DNA of 64,000 nt from a virus. A model generated the notes under the pieces. That model was not told the origin of the DNA, did no database searches, and saw only the letters and a program-made list of their open reading frames with translations. Shown one piece after another: positions 9,856-18,673 of this stretch. Position 1 is the stretch's first letter. Each line of letters begins with the position of its first letter. Made by a program: the position numbers and the translations under genes. The stretch is taken from the IMG/VR virus record IMGVR_UViG_2585428081_000003; one strand, given 5' to 3'.

Positions 9856-10029
9856 TTACTTGTCCATACTTTGATTAAGTATTCTATAGTACTCATTCAA
9901 AACAGAATCAAGCATTTGACTTACAGCAACCACTTCCGGATCAAGTAAGTCACTTTTTTCTTTAAGTAATTCATTCATGTCTTTGCGAATTTTTTCAATT
10001 TGTTCCGCAATATCTTTTACTTCGCACAT
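9856..10029 (-). CDS. spo0E: Spo0E-family aspartyl-phosphate phosphatase (57 aa), not in ORF track
   Basis: MCEVKDIAEQIEKIRKDMNELLKEKSDLLDPEVVAVSQMLDSVLNEYYRILNQSMDK; SQxLD signature; GGAGGGGTG RBS. Confidence 0.85.
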   Translation of the reverse strand: MCEVKDIAEQIEKIRKDMNELLKEKSDLLDPEVVAVSQMLDSVLNEYYRILNQSMDK

Positions 10030-10123
10030 TTTCACCCCTCCTTTCCAGTTGAGTATATAAAAAGAGGGATTTTATTAATATGCTTAATTTTTTCCAGTAT
10101 TCTAAAAAACCTAATTGAAAAGT

Positions 10124-10156
10124 AAAAACAGCCACATTTTTCTGTGACTGTCTCCC
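10124..10156 (-). terminator. Terminator after late activator
   Basis: ACAGTCAC...GTGGCTGT stem followed by TTTT. Confidence 0.6.
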
Positions 10157-10274
10157 GTTAGTCCTATATTTTGTTTTATTAAACCCTGTTGCTTAAATTT
10201 CTTCCCAATAACATAATATCACATATAAAATATAAAAGCTGTCCCAAAACTGCCCCTTTTCTGCCCCAAATCTG

Positions 10275-10793
10275 TTACTTTTTGATTTTGAACCTCATAT
10301 AGTATGGTTCAAGTATTCTTGCCAGTAGCTCTAAAGCCTCCGAATTCATTTTTCTTATTCCTGAAACTGTTATATAATTCTGCTGTCTAAATTTATCGTT
10401 AAAATTGATTTCTATATCTCTCCAAAACATATTCTCAAAATATTTACATTCTATTATAAATCTTTCTTGCCTTGTCAATGCATTTAAAGCTCCATTTAGT
10501 TGCTCCAATTCTATCTGATATGGATATATCCTTGATTGATCATCCTTTATCCATTCTTTTAAAAGCCCTATGGCTTCTTCTTTATCCTCTATAGCTAATT
10601 CTACAAGTGATTTTTTCCCTCCTGTGCCCCTAGGCATACCTGGTTCCCTTGGTGAACCTAAAAATACATATTCAAACGAATCTGGATTGTTAATAGTTTC
10701 TTTATAGTTTTCTACCCTAGCTAAAGTAGTTTCTACTACCGATTTTTTTCTTTTATAATCCTTTAATGCATTTTCTATAACCTTAATGTCCAT
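10275..10793 (-). CDS. ArpU/RinA-like late transcriptional activator
   Basis: ALNALTRQERFIIECKYFENMFWRDI sigma-region-4-like C-terminus; position before packaging genes. Confidence 0.75.
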   Translation of the reverse strand: MDIKVIENALKDYKRKKSVVETTLARVENYKETINNPDSFEYVFLGSPREPGMPRGTGGKKSLVELAIEDKEEAIGLLKEWIKDDQSRIYPYQIELEQLNGALNALTRQERFIIECKYFENMFWRDIEINFNDKFRQQNYITVSGIRKMNSEALELLARILEPYYMRFKIKK

Positions 10794-10807
10794 ATTAATC
10801 TTCCTCC

Positions 10808-11137
10808 TTATTCTCCCCTCATAGTAGCTTCTATCTGCTTTTGTACTATTTCAATATTTATTTTAGTAGAGTATATGTATTGCATATTGCTTTCATAAAG
10901 ACTTTCTGCTATATCCCTCTCCATCTTCAAGTTTGCTATTTTTTTATTACCTCGACATACATCTGATATTATTGTTACTAGCATACCTTCTGCTCTTAGT
11001 TTTAATATTTCCTTGGATAACTCTACTCTGTAATCCCTCTCTGCTTTTGCCTTTGCTTGTCCTCTCTCTTTCAATTCTTTTATAGCTTTATTTAAATTGC
11101 TTCTATGGATGTTTAGTTCTGTAACTAGATCCTGCAT
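10808..11137 (-). CDS. Conserved phage coiled-coil hypothetical protein
   Basis: ORF track 109 aa. Confidence 0.6.
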   Translation of the reverse strand: MQDLVTELNIHRSNLNKAIKELKERGQAKAKAERDYRVELSKEILKLRAEGMLVTIISDVCRGNKKIANLKMERDIAESLYESNMQYIYSTKINIEIVQKQIEATMRGE

Positions 11138-11184
11138 AGTATCACCTCTACTTTTCTATCATGCTTTCCCTCCTCAATCTCAAT

Positions 11185-11260
11185 AAAAAAGGACACCAAA
11201 CCATTTGCCTGGTGTTAGCAATATGGTCTAGTGTCCGCTGTCTAGGTACAGTAGGACTTA
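11185..11260 (-). promoter_or_regulatory. Attenuator-like terminator/antiterminator structure
   Basis: GGACACTA...TGGTGTCC stem + T-run; upstream GTCC can alternatively pair with the GGAC of the stem. Confidence 0.5.
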
Positions 11261-11296
11261 TTTAGTTCTATATTTAGTTTATTAGCATATAATTTA

Positions 11297-11376
11297 TTAA
11301 TGGATTTTGAGAGTCACTCGGACCCGTTTGATGCCAACTTCCATTAAAGAGTCGCTAGCGCTGGCGGCTCTATTTT
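11297..11376 (+). ncRNA. Candidate antisense small RNA
   Basis: TATAAT at 11288-11293, TTAATGGA/TCCATTAA stem, then a 10-bp GC-rich hairpin with G-U pairs favouring the + strand and ATTTT. Confidence 0.4.
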
Positions 11377-11402
11377 ATTACATATAATATTTGTTATGTT
11401 CA

Positions 11403-12095
11403 TTAAGTATATCTGTTTTCTATTTGCAAAGTTCCCTTTTCATCCCCCACAATCTTATCCGATATACTAAATTTTTCACCATCCTCTACTCCCTTAAAAT
11501 ATGCTTCATTAAACCCTTGAAAGTTGGTATTTGTATTAATACTGCCTATAAATTCTTTTTTCTCATAAGCTTCCACTACTTCTTTATCTCTCGCTAATAC
11601 TAATCCCCACTCTTGGTTTTCTTGTTTCTGTTCTTCGAAAGCATACTCTAAGCCTTCTATGAAGCCTAAAGCATAATCATTTTCTAATCCTTTTGTCGAA
11701 TAACCTTCTTTTCTATATTGATATCTTAATCTGTTTACTACAGAATTTATACTATCTACTGCATATTCAAGCACCATTTTACAAACAGTTACATCCTCAT
11801 CTTTTCCCATAAAGATAATTGTATGGGTTCTGTTAGTTCCATAGTAATGATAGCATCCAAAATTTTCAGCAATTAAATCTGCTAACTTTCCTTTCCATTT
11901 TCCTTGCCTGAATGTTATATTCGTTTTACCTTCCATTACGTTTATATCTTCATGTTCCTCTATCTCTTTTAATGAAAGCTTATGCTTGGCCAATAATTCT
12001 TGAGCCTTTAACATGGCCACCTTTGCTTCATATTCATTTGAGCTTTCACTTAATGCTAAGAGCTTTTTTATTTTTATAATTATGTTATTTTCCAC
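11403..12095 (-). CDS. DUF2786-domain protein
   Basis: IKKLLALSESSNEYEAKVAMLKAQELLAKH N-terminus. Confidence 0.85.
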   Translation of the reverse strand: MENNIIIKIKKLLALSESSNEYEAKVAMLKAQELLAKHKLSLKEIEEHEDINVMEGKTNITFRQGKWKGKLADLIAENFGCYHYYGTNRTHTIIFMGKDEDVTVCKMVLEYAVDSINSVVNRLRYQYRKEGYSTKGLENDYALGFIEGLEYAFEEQKQENQEWGLVLARDKEVVEAYEKKEFIGSINTNTNFQGFNEAYFKGVEDGEKFSISDKIVGDEKGTLQIENRYT

Positions 12096-12287
12096 TTAAT
12101 ACACCTTCTTTCTATTTTTCAGTGTATACTCTGCATTCAGCTGCCCTTCATGATTTTTTATTTCTATTGTGAAAAAGTCTAAACTATTCATTTTTTCAGC
12201 TGTATCTACTATTTCATCTATGTAGCATATGATTTCATTTTTTAAACTTTGTTTTTTTGTTCTACTGTATTGCTGATTTATCTCCAT
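12096..12287 (-). CDS. Hypothetical phage protein
   Basis: ORF track, co-oriented, tightly packed. Confidence 0.55.
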   Translation of the reverse strand: MEINQQYSRTKKQSLKNEIICYIDEIVDTAEKMNSLDFFTIEIKNHEGQLNAEYTLKNRKKVY

Positions 12288-12298
12288 AGCTGTTCCTC

Positions 12299-12619
12299 CT
12301 ACTCTTCATTTCCTAGATGAGTTTTACGAAAGTACTCTATGTCAAAATGTTCATTGTAAAAATAGTCTTTCTCTGCTATGGCCCTGCAAAGACAATATCT
12401 TTGTTTATCAGAAATCCTTCTGCTTTTGTCATAATAATCTAATATTTTGCCTACTAAGTCGTACTCTTCTATGATGTATTCGCTTTCTTCTTCCTCTAAC
12501 ACCTGCCTTGCAAGTGTTATTATTTCTTTGTCAGTAAAGCTTAAAAATGTTTCAGCCCTTCCTTGAATTTCCAGCTCTTCTAAACGATATCTTTCTTCAT
12601 GTTCATCATAAATACTCAC
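12299..12619 (-). CDS. Hypothetical phage protein
   Basis: ORF track with GGAGG RBS. Confidence 0.55.
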   Translation of the reverse strand: MSIYDEHEERYRLEELEIQGRAETFLSFTDKEIITLARQVLEEEESEYIIEEYDLVGKILDYYDKSRRISDKQRYCLCRAIAEKDYFYNEHFDIEYFRKTHLGNEE

Positions 12620-12630
12620 TTTTATCCCTC

Positions 12631-12828
12631 CTATATGCTCTTACCAATTAACCAATTAATGCACTCATCTTTTGTTTTAAATATTCCAGTTATAGCTTTC
12701 CCTTTGCTATTGTTGATACCTACATAGTAATCTAAATCACCTAAGGGGAAGCTATAGTAGAATAACCCTTTGGGCTCTTTATTCTTTGTTACTCTTATAC
12801 CTTCTTGTTGAGTTATTTCATTAACCAT
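12631..12828 (-). CDS. Hypothetical phage protein
   Basis: ORF track with GGAGGGG RBS. Confidence 0.55.
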   Translation of the reverse strand: MVNEITQQEGIRVTKNKEPKGLFYYSFPLGDLDYYVGINNSKGKAITGIFKTKDECINWLIGKSI

Positions 12829-12838
12829 ATTTCCCCTC

Positions 12839-13018
12839 CTAACTCACCATCTCATATAGTTTTTCTCTTGTCTGTCTTGGTACCATCTCTCCTATAGCCG
12901 CTATACAATTCTCCTGTTCGTATATCTTCATAGCCTTATTTGTATAAGACTTGAAAAGGTCCATGTCTCCATTGAGGTATCTTATCACCGCTCTGGCACA
13001 ATATTCCATAGCAAGCAT
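12839..13018 (-). CDS. Hypothetical 59-aa phage protein (MLAMEYCARAVIRYLNGD...)
   Basis: Fills gap in operon; open frame read manually. Confidence 0.55.
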   Translation of the reverse strand: MLAMEYCARAVIRYLNGDMDLFKSYTNKAMKIYEQENCIAAIGEMVPRQTREKLYEMVS

Positions 13019-13021
13019 TAT

Positions 13022-13312
13022 TTATTCCTCCTCGTCCCAAATATTTTCATCTAAAATTTGTTCATGGACTATATCTATATTCTCGTCGTATTCCGTTCCA
13101 AAATAGTTTGTATATACCATTTCTTCATACTTGAACACAATTAAAATTTCGCTATTTTCTTTGAATTTCATGTCGTCTAGATAAAAAGATAACCCTACTT
13201 CTTCTAAAAAATATTGTACTCTTTCATCGGGATAATATATATCCTCTGCATATTCAACCTTGCCATCTTCTCCTGTTATAATCCTTGCATATCCTAGCTC
13301 GATACATTCCAT
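13022..13312 (-). CDS. Hypothetical acidic phage protein
   Basis: ORF track. Confidence 0.5.
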   Translation of the reverse strand: MECIELGYARIITGEDGKVEYAEDIYYPDERVQYFLEEVGLSFYLDDMKFKENSEILIVFKYEEMVYTNYFGTEYDENIDIVHEQILDENIWDEEE

Positions 13313-13698
13313 TATTTCACCACCTTCAAACTTAAATCTGGATACTGATACTCAAACAACTTCTTTTTCAGTTTAAACACATCAGTTTCCATCCCTTTAA
13401 CATCAACTATTTCTACTTTCCCATCTGCATATGTAACTTTGAAATCTGCTATATATGTTATTGCTCTATGTGTTTTACCGTTCTTTTTAAATTTTTCTTG
13501 AAGTATAAACTTAGGTTGTAGTTCTATTTCTTTAACTATTCCAGCTCGTTTTAGTAACTTTAAACTGCAGTAATATTCAGCTTCCTTCTTGCTATCAAAT
13601 GTAATGCCATCTACAACTGATTTCTTGTTGCTATATTTAGACTTCTTTGGTTTCTTCTGTCCCATGTATTCTAAATATTGTTCTTTTGACCATCTCAA
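13312..13698 (-). CDS. DUF1064-family PD-(D/E)xK nuclease (putative resolvase)
   Basis: KYSNKK..VDGITFDSKKEAEYY, YIADF, VDVKG. Confidence 0.85.
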   Translation of the reverse strand: MRWSKEQYLEYMGQKKPKKSKYSNKKSVVDGITFDSKKEAEYYCSLKLLKRAGIVKEIELQPKFILQEKFKKNGKTHRAITYIADFKVTYADGKVEIVDVKGMETDVFKLKKKLFEYQYPDLSLKVVK

Positions 13699-13782
13699 TG
13701 TATCAGCTCCTTAAAATTTTGCTATACATGTAAGTTTTTAATAACGTTCCTTTAATTAGCTTTTTCCATAGCTTTCTAACCC

Positions 13783-13920
13783 TCATTTCCAGTTCAGCTC
13801 CTTCAAAATCTTATAAATATGGTGTATGCTTAAACCAGTCATTTCCGATATCTCTCTCATTGTGTACTCCGCTAAATACATGATCTTAACTTTTTCTATC
13901 AGTTCTTCTGGATAAGTCAC
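13783..13920 (-). CDS. Small HTH protein (45 aa)
   Basis: MTYPEELIEKVKIMYLAEYTMREISEMTGLSIHHIYKILK; GGAGAG RBS. Confidence 0.5.
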   Translation of the reverse strand: MTYPEELIEKVKIMYLAEYTMREISEMTGLSIHHIYKILKELNWK

Positions 13921-14030
13921 ATTATCAACTCTCCTTTCTTTTTTAGATAACTTTAATCACACTTTCTTCAGTCATACATAAACTATTACTGAGTTTTAAA
14001 AAATCTATTTTAAATAGGAGGCGTTTTATT

Positions 14031-14162
14031 ATGACTGATAATCAATGCCGTCGTGGAATATTCGGTGGTGGAGATTGTGGTATGGATGATTCTCTACTAT
14101 TCTTTTTCCTACTTTTAGTAATTCTTTTCTGTAACTGCGATATGTTTGGCGGAAGATGTTAA
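14031..14162 (+). CDS. 43-aa Cys/Gly-rich membrane peptide (sporulation-type small protein), moron
   Basis: MTDNQCRRGIFGGGDCGMDDSLLFFFLLLVILFCNCDMFGGRC; AGGAGG RBS; GC-rich hairpin downstream; opposite strand to host operon. Confidence 0.7.
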   Translation: MTDNQCRRGIFGGGDCGMDDSLLFFFLLLVILFCNCDMFGGRC

Positions 14163-14232
14163 TTGTCACACCAGTCGGGGCTTGTCCCCGATTTTCTTAT
14201 GTCCCCAATCCCTCCTAAATACTTAATAAAGC

Positions 14233-15099
14233 CTACAATGCTTCACTTTGCTTTTTTAACTTTTCCATATATTCTTGTCTTTTTCTTTCCGCTACAGCTT
14301 CAAGCTCATCAGCCGAATACTTGTCCGAACGCTGTTTAAAGTTGTGAAATTTAGTCTTTTTAGCCTGTACTGTATTTTGTGTTTTATCTTGGTCCGTAGA
14401 TAGTTTCATTCCTCCACTAGCTTTCCAATTTTGGAGTATTCCCTCTACATACGTTTTGGTCCGTTTCCCTCTTTTTTCAGCTTCTAATATTGCGTTTTTA
14501 ACCCAATCAAATCCATATCTATCTTTAAGATCCATAAGCCAATCAGAAGTTAGACCATTAACATCAAAACCACATTTCTGATAAAGTTTTGCTAGTTCCT
14601 TAAATTCTTCGTCAAAACTTTCTTTTTCTATTTCTGTAGTAGTACTATTACATATGTTTTGTTTAGTTTCGTTTAGTTTATATAATGCTGAAGGGTTTAC
14701 CTCATGACTTACCTCATGACTTACCTCATGACTTACCTCAATATTTGAGGTATCCTCTTTTCTTACCTCAGTATTTGAGGTAACACTGTTGTTATCTTCT
14801 TGTTTTACCTCAGTATTTGAGGTAAAAGATATTATTCTATATTTGCCAGCTTTCTGTTTTCCTTGATTTTTATATTCAATTCTTCCTTTTTGTATAAGGA
14901 TATTTCTATGTTTATTTAAAGTGTTTTCTGAGATTCCCACCTTTGCCATTAAGGTTAGATTGGCTATTGTAAACCACTCTGGCCAACCACTCTTGTTTGC
15001 AATTGCCATAATATGAAACCACAAAGCCTGTGTGTTTGCTTCCAATGGGTTTATTTCAAGCCAATCCATAAAGGAATTAATCTCTCTAATATAGTTCAT
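14233..15099 (-). CDS. Phage replication initiator with DnaD-like domain
   Basis: N-terminal wHTH (QALWFHIM), C-terminal YVEGILQNW DnaD motif. Confidence 0.85.
   Translation of the reverse strand: MNYIREINSFMDWLEINPLEANTQALWFHIMAIANKSGWPEWFTIANLTLMAKVGISENTLNKHRNILIQKGRIEYKNQGKQKAGKYRIISFTSNTEVKQEDNNSVTSNTEVRKEDTSNIEVSHEVSHEVSHEVNPSALYKLNETKQNICNSTTTEIEKESFDEEFKELAKLYQKCGFDVNGLTSDWLMDLKDRYGFDWVKNAILEAEKRGKRTKTYVEGILQNWKASGGMKLSTDQDKTQNTVQAKKTKFHNFKQRSDKYSADELEAVAERKRQEYMEKLKKQSEAL
14697..14825. repeat. Iterons of phage replication origin
   Basis: 3 x TTACCTCATGAC tandem plus 3 x TTACCTCA-N5-TGAGGTA palindromes inside the initiator gene. Confidence 0.8.
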
Positions 15100-15143
15100 C
15101 TAGCTATCACCTACTTCTAAGGACCAGGGGCAAAACCCCTAGC

Positions 15144-16061
15144 CTAAAATGGTATATCTTCATCTGCTCCATCTTGATTCCATGGAAGGTTAGCTTCTTC
15201 TTCTGGGTCTATTCCTTCAAAACCATCAATTACTTCTGGTTCTTTTGGTTGTGCTTTATTTTTATTTCCCTTTGCTTGCTTATTGCCATCCAATACCATC
15301 TTTGCTGCCTTTTTAACTACTTCTTCCTTCGCTTTGTCTATTAGCCATTCCAAATAATCTGGTTGCACTTTTAATATTTCTTTCAATGTTTTCCCTTTAA
15401 ACTTACCAAAATCTAATCTTAGGTTTTCTGCTTCTGTTTCTGTCAGATTCGTTACTTCTTCCTGCTGTATAAATTCTTTCATATCTTCTATATCCTGAGT
15501 AAATACTTCGCTTAGGCTGGCTACTGCTAAAGTTGCGTCTATCTGCGCTCTTTTCTTAGCCATTTTGAGTATTGTATTAGCTTGGCTATATATTTCATCA
15601 TTCTCAACCTGATATTCTGTCTTACCCCATCTATTTGTCTTCTGCTTCAAACTATCTTTATCGATTCCTATAGGAAGATCTTCTTCTTTAGTCCATCTCC
15701 ACCTATATTTATTTTCTTTAGAATTACAAGAACCTACTCCTTCTGTTATTTTGTAGCCACCTTTTGACAAAATACATTTCATTGTATATGCAAATATTCC
15801 TTTATCATAATCTTCTATCTTTTCAACTATTTCATATTCACTAGTAAGACCAAACATCATCAAGAGTTTTTCTGCACCAGGTTTAAGTAGTGTTGGCTTT
15901 GAAGTACCTGGAATTGTATCATAATCATGACCTGCCTTTAATGATGCCTGTACTGCTGCTTGTACCTGTGTAATTTTTTTCAACGTACCAACAATCTCAT
16001 TTACTTCCACACTTTCAATCAAACTCATCATCATGTTTTCTTCACTCATATTATTAGTCAT
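15144..16061 (-). CDS. Putative ssDNA-annealing/recombination protein with C-terminal FGKxKG domain
   Basis: KPTLLKPGAEKL, NTILKMAKKRAQID, LDFGKFKGKTL..PDYLEWL; next to Gam-like gene. Confidence 0.6.
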   Translation of the reverse strand: MTNNMSEENMMMSLIESVEVNEIVGTLKKITQVQAAVQASLKAGHDYDTIPGTSKPTLLKPGAEKLLMMFGLTSEYEIVEKIEDYDKGIFAYTMKCILSKGGYKITEGVGSCNSKENKYRWRWTKEEDLPIGIDKDSLKQKTNRWGKTEYQVENDEIYSQANTILKMAKKRAQIDATLAVASLSEVFTQDIEDMKEFIQQEEVTNLTETEAENLRLDFGKFKGKTLKEILKVQPDYLEWLIDKAKEEVVKKAAKMVLDGNKQAKGNKNKAQPKEPEVIDGFEGIDPEEEANLPWNQDGADEDIPF

Positions 16062-16063
16062 GC

Positions 16064-16504
16064 TTACACCTCCACTTTAAATTCTTCTGGTTTGGTCTCT
16101 AGTTTAAGGCCTTCTATTTCGACTATTTCACCAGTTTCTTTATCAATTATATGATTGCCATTGATATCTAATTTCTTCTTAAATTCAGCCCAATCAAAAT
16201 CTTTTTTCATTTTTATATATTCTTGCATATTCTCATGCTTATCTGCTTCAAAATATTCTCTTAGCTTTGATTCAAAGAAACTTGTTTCTTGTTCCATTTT
16301 TTCTCTTTCTTTCTTTAGGGCCTCTTCTATCTGTTGTATCTTTGCTTTTGCTACCATTTCAAATCTATTGTATTCCGCCTTAGATTCTCTAATCTTATCC
16401 AAACACCAATCAGCTTCTAAATCATCTTTAACTTTCCAAACTTCTTTTTCTTCCTCTTGAATATCTAAAACCTCATCAATCATATTTATCATTAAATTTT
16501 CCAT
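16064..16504 (-). CDS. Mu Gam-like host-nuclease inhibitor (possibly internally shortened)
   Basis: ADWCLDKI coiled coil and DWAEFKK motif. Confidence 0.7.
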   Translation of the reverse strand: MENLMINMIDEVLDIQEEEKEVWKVKDDLEADWCLDKIRESKAEYNRFEMVAKAKIQQIEEALKKEREKMEQETSFFESKLREYFEADKHENMQEYIKMKKDFDWAEFKKKLDINGNHIIDKETGEIVEIEGLKLETKPEEFKVEV

Positions 16505-16506
16505 TA

Positions 16507-16716
16507 CTATTCCTCCCCCTCAATTTTTCTAGTTTGTGTTTTTATTTCTAATTCTGCTTTAACTACAAAGTCTTTATCACATCCACCCTCATCAGCATCA
16601 CAAGTCACAACAATTGGGGCTATATAACTCCCCGTCCTAGGAAAATCTACTGCCATGCATACATCTTTCCCACAATAAGGACATTTTACTTTTATGTTTC
16701 TATACATCTTTGACAT
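16507..16716 (-). CDS. Small zinc-ribbon protein
   Basis: CPYC ... C-x5-GGC. Confidence 0.6.
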   Translation of the reverse strand: MSKMYRNIKVKCPYCGKDVCMAVDFPRTGSYIAPIVVTCDADEGGCDKDFVVKAELEIKTQTRKIEGEE

Positions 16717-16742
16717 TTTTATTCCTCCTTCGACATTTTCAA

Positions 16743-17162
16743 TTATATGGCCACTTTCTCATAATCTTGGACTTGTTTTATTTGCAATTCTAATATTTTC
16801 TTAAAAATTCTATATTCCAATCCATTTGGAATCTTTGTGTGTTTTCTTAATTCCCTTACCGATTCCTGCCCTTCTATAATTGCTTGTCTCACATCAGTTT
16901 CATCCATGCTATATGTCTCATTAAAAATTAATGTTAGTGGTTGTACTGGAGCAATAGAAACTTCTTCCTCTACAACTACTACATTGTCTTTGCTACCTCT
17001 TTTCATTGCATCTTTATATGTTTGTTCTGTAATCAATTCCCATTCTATACATCCATCACTATTATTTGTAAAAGCCTTTTGTTTCAGGAAAAATACTTGT
17101 CCCTCTAAAATGTATTGGTAGTACCTACTCCATCTAAGTCTAAAACTACTATGTCTCCCCAT
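16743..17162 (-). CDS. Hypothetical phage protein
   Basis: ORF track. Confidence 0.5.
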   Translation of the reverse strand: MGRHSSFRLRWSRYYQYILEGQVFFLKQKAFTNNSDGCIEWELITEQTYKDAMKRGSKDNVVVVEEEVSIAPVQPLTLIFNETYSMDETDVRQAIIEGQESVRELRKHTKIPNGLEYRIFKKILELQIKQVQDYEKVAI

Positions 17163-17238
17163 TTTTATTCTCCTTTCATCTTCTACTAAAAAATGTGCTA
17201 TAATAGAAGTAATCTAATTTTTTATTTCTTGGATCTTT

Positions 17239-17526
17239 TCAGATTGCCGTCTGAGAGATCCTTTTTTTATAGCGTTCTATTCTCCAATCCACGCTGTAAG
17301 GACTTATCCCATATATTTCTCCTATTTTTCGGCGGTACATTCCTTGTTCTTTCATCTTTATCATGTCCTTAACATCTTCGTCGGTTAGCTTGTATGCTGA
17401 CTCGGATATTACTGCAAAGGCTTGTTCTGGTGTTGCCACATCTTCTCGAAGAATCGCTATGCATAAAGCTGCTATGTTGTATCTTAAATCAAATGCTGTT
17501 TCTCCCATCTTACTCACCCCTTTCAC
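17239..17526 (-). CDS. HTH-containing phage protein
   Basis: RRKIGEIYGISPYSV. Confidence 0.55.
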   Translation of the reverse strand: MKGVSKMGETAFDLRYNIAALCIAILREDVATPEQAFAVISESAYKLTDEDVKDMIKMKEQGMYRRKIGEIYGISPYSVDWRIERYKKRISQTAI

Positions 17527-17957
17527 TTTGAAAATACAACTGATAGTGCAGCACCTGCCATTTCAAATACTTCTTTAGTAACTTCACTCCATTCTTTTTC
17601 TTCATGTTCTTCTACTTCTCCATCACATGCAATTTTTATCATTGAAGGTTTAATAGTCTCTACATCCCCAGATTCTTTCTGTAACACTAATACTGACTTA
17701 GCTATATCTTCTATATTGATTTCAGGTAAACACCTTCTTCCAACCTTTGTTGATAACCTTAAGTGTTCATATCCCAGCCAACTAGCTTCATATATTTCTA
17801 CCATCTTGTCCACTATTTCTCCATTAGGAATTGGATCACATGCTTCATATCCTGCCAATGTCCTTGTCCCAACATTAAGTAATTCAGCTGCTTGTTCTTG
17901 AGTTAATTCTGCACGATTCCTTGCTAATTGATATATACTTCTGCACCTTTCTTTCAT
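17523..17957 (-). CDS. XRE-family HTH regulator with phage CII-like C-terminus
   Basis: LTQEQAAELLNVGTRTLAGYE. Confidence 0.75.
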   Translation of the reverse strand: MKERCRSIYQLARNRAELTQEQAAELLNVGTRTLAGYEACDPIPNGEIVDKMVEIYEASWLGYEHLRLSTKVGRRCLPEINIEDIAKSVLVLQKESGDVETIKPSMIKIACDGEVEEHEEKEWSEVTKEVFEMAGAALSVVFSK

Positions 17958-18180
17958 TCTTTTTCACTCCTTTCAGTGATATTATTTAATTAATGAAGAA
18001 ACTAAGTTTGATTCTTTTCTACCTTCCCCATATTGCTTACCAGTAAGAAGGTACCTATCTCTCTTCTTTTTCCTCTCTCTTCATGTCCATAGCTAATGTC
18101 ACTAGATATATTCCTGCTAAAACAAAAGCTATTATAGGATTCAAAGGGCTACATATAAAACTGTCCATCATTTCACCCCC

Positions 18181-18411
18181 TTAACCCCATGTTCCATTGC
18201 TGTAATAGTGCAACCAGTCACCATTTTTAAAATGAACTTCTATAAAATTCTTATACTCTATTACTCTGATAGGTTTATAATCATCTTTATAATAGCTTCC
18301 AACTACTGAATTATGTTCCTTGTATACTCTCTCAAAATGTTTCTTAGCTGCTTCTGACATTTGGTTGTAGCCTTTTACTTTTGAAAAATCAATTTCAATG
18401 TAATTCATCAT
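18181..18411 (-). CDS. Hypothetical phage protein
   Basis: ORF track. Confidence 0.5.
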   Translation of the reverse strand: MMNYIEIDFSKVKGYNQMSEAAKKHFERVYKEHNSVVGSYYKDDYKPIRVIEYKNFIEVHFKNGDWLHYYSNGTWG

Positions 18412-18414
18412 TTT

Positions 18415-18606
18415 TCACTCCAATCTTAAAAATCTCTTTATTTCCTCAACTGACTTTCCTTCCTCTGCCATTTTAATGACTTCTCCAGTAACTATTTCAG
18501 CTGCCATATCTGTATTTCTCTCTATTATCTTTCTTCTATGTTCTTCTGTAAGTTCCTCAAATGGAACTCCTTCAATTGTGACTATTATTCTTTCAGGAAC
18601 TGCCAT
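18415..18606 (-). CDS. Hypothetical phage protein
   Basis: ORF track. Confidence 0.5.
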   Translation of the reverse strand: MAVPERIIVTIEGVPFEELTEEHRRKIIERNTDMAAEIVTGEVIKMAEEGKSVEEIKRFLRLE

Positions 18607-18673
18607 ATCATCACCTCAATAGAATGTATGAATTTTCTAGTTTGTACTATTCCTATGCAGCATATTTTTATCT

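Noticed and set aside
9560-10110. Forespore/mother-cell sigma promoters for the ferritin-like and spo0E morons
   Set aside because: GTATT..GGAAAAATA and GAATA..CATATTA boxes are present but spacing does not fit the consensus well; not called.
11297-11376. Known riboswitch or ribozyme (preQ1, c-di-GMP, HDV-like)
   Set aside because: Diagnostic conserved nucleotides not found by eye; kept only as an unnamed sRNA candidate.
14697-14825. Mini-CRISPR or phase-variable repeat
   Set aside because: In-frame 12-bp units plus palindromes inside a replication initiator fit iterons.
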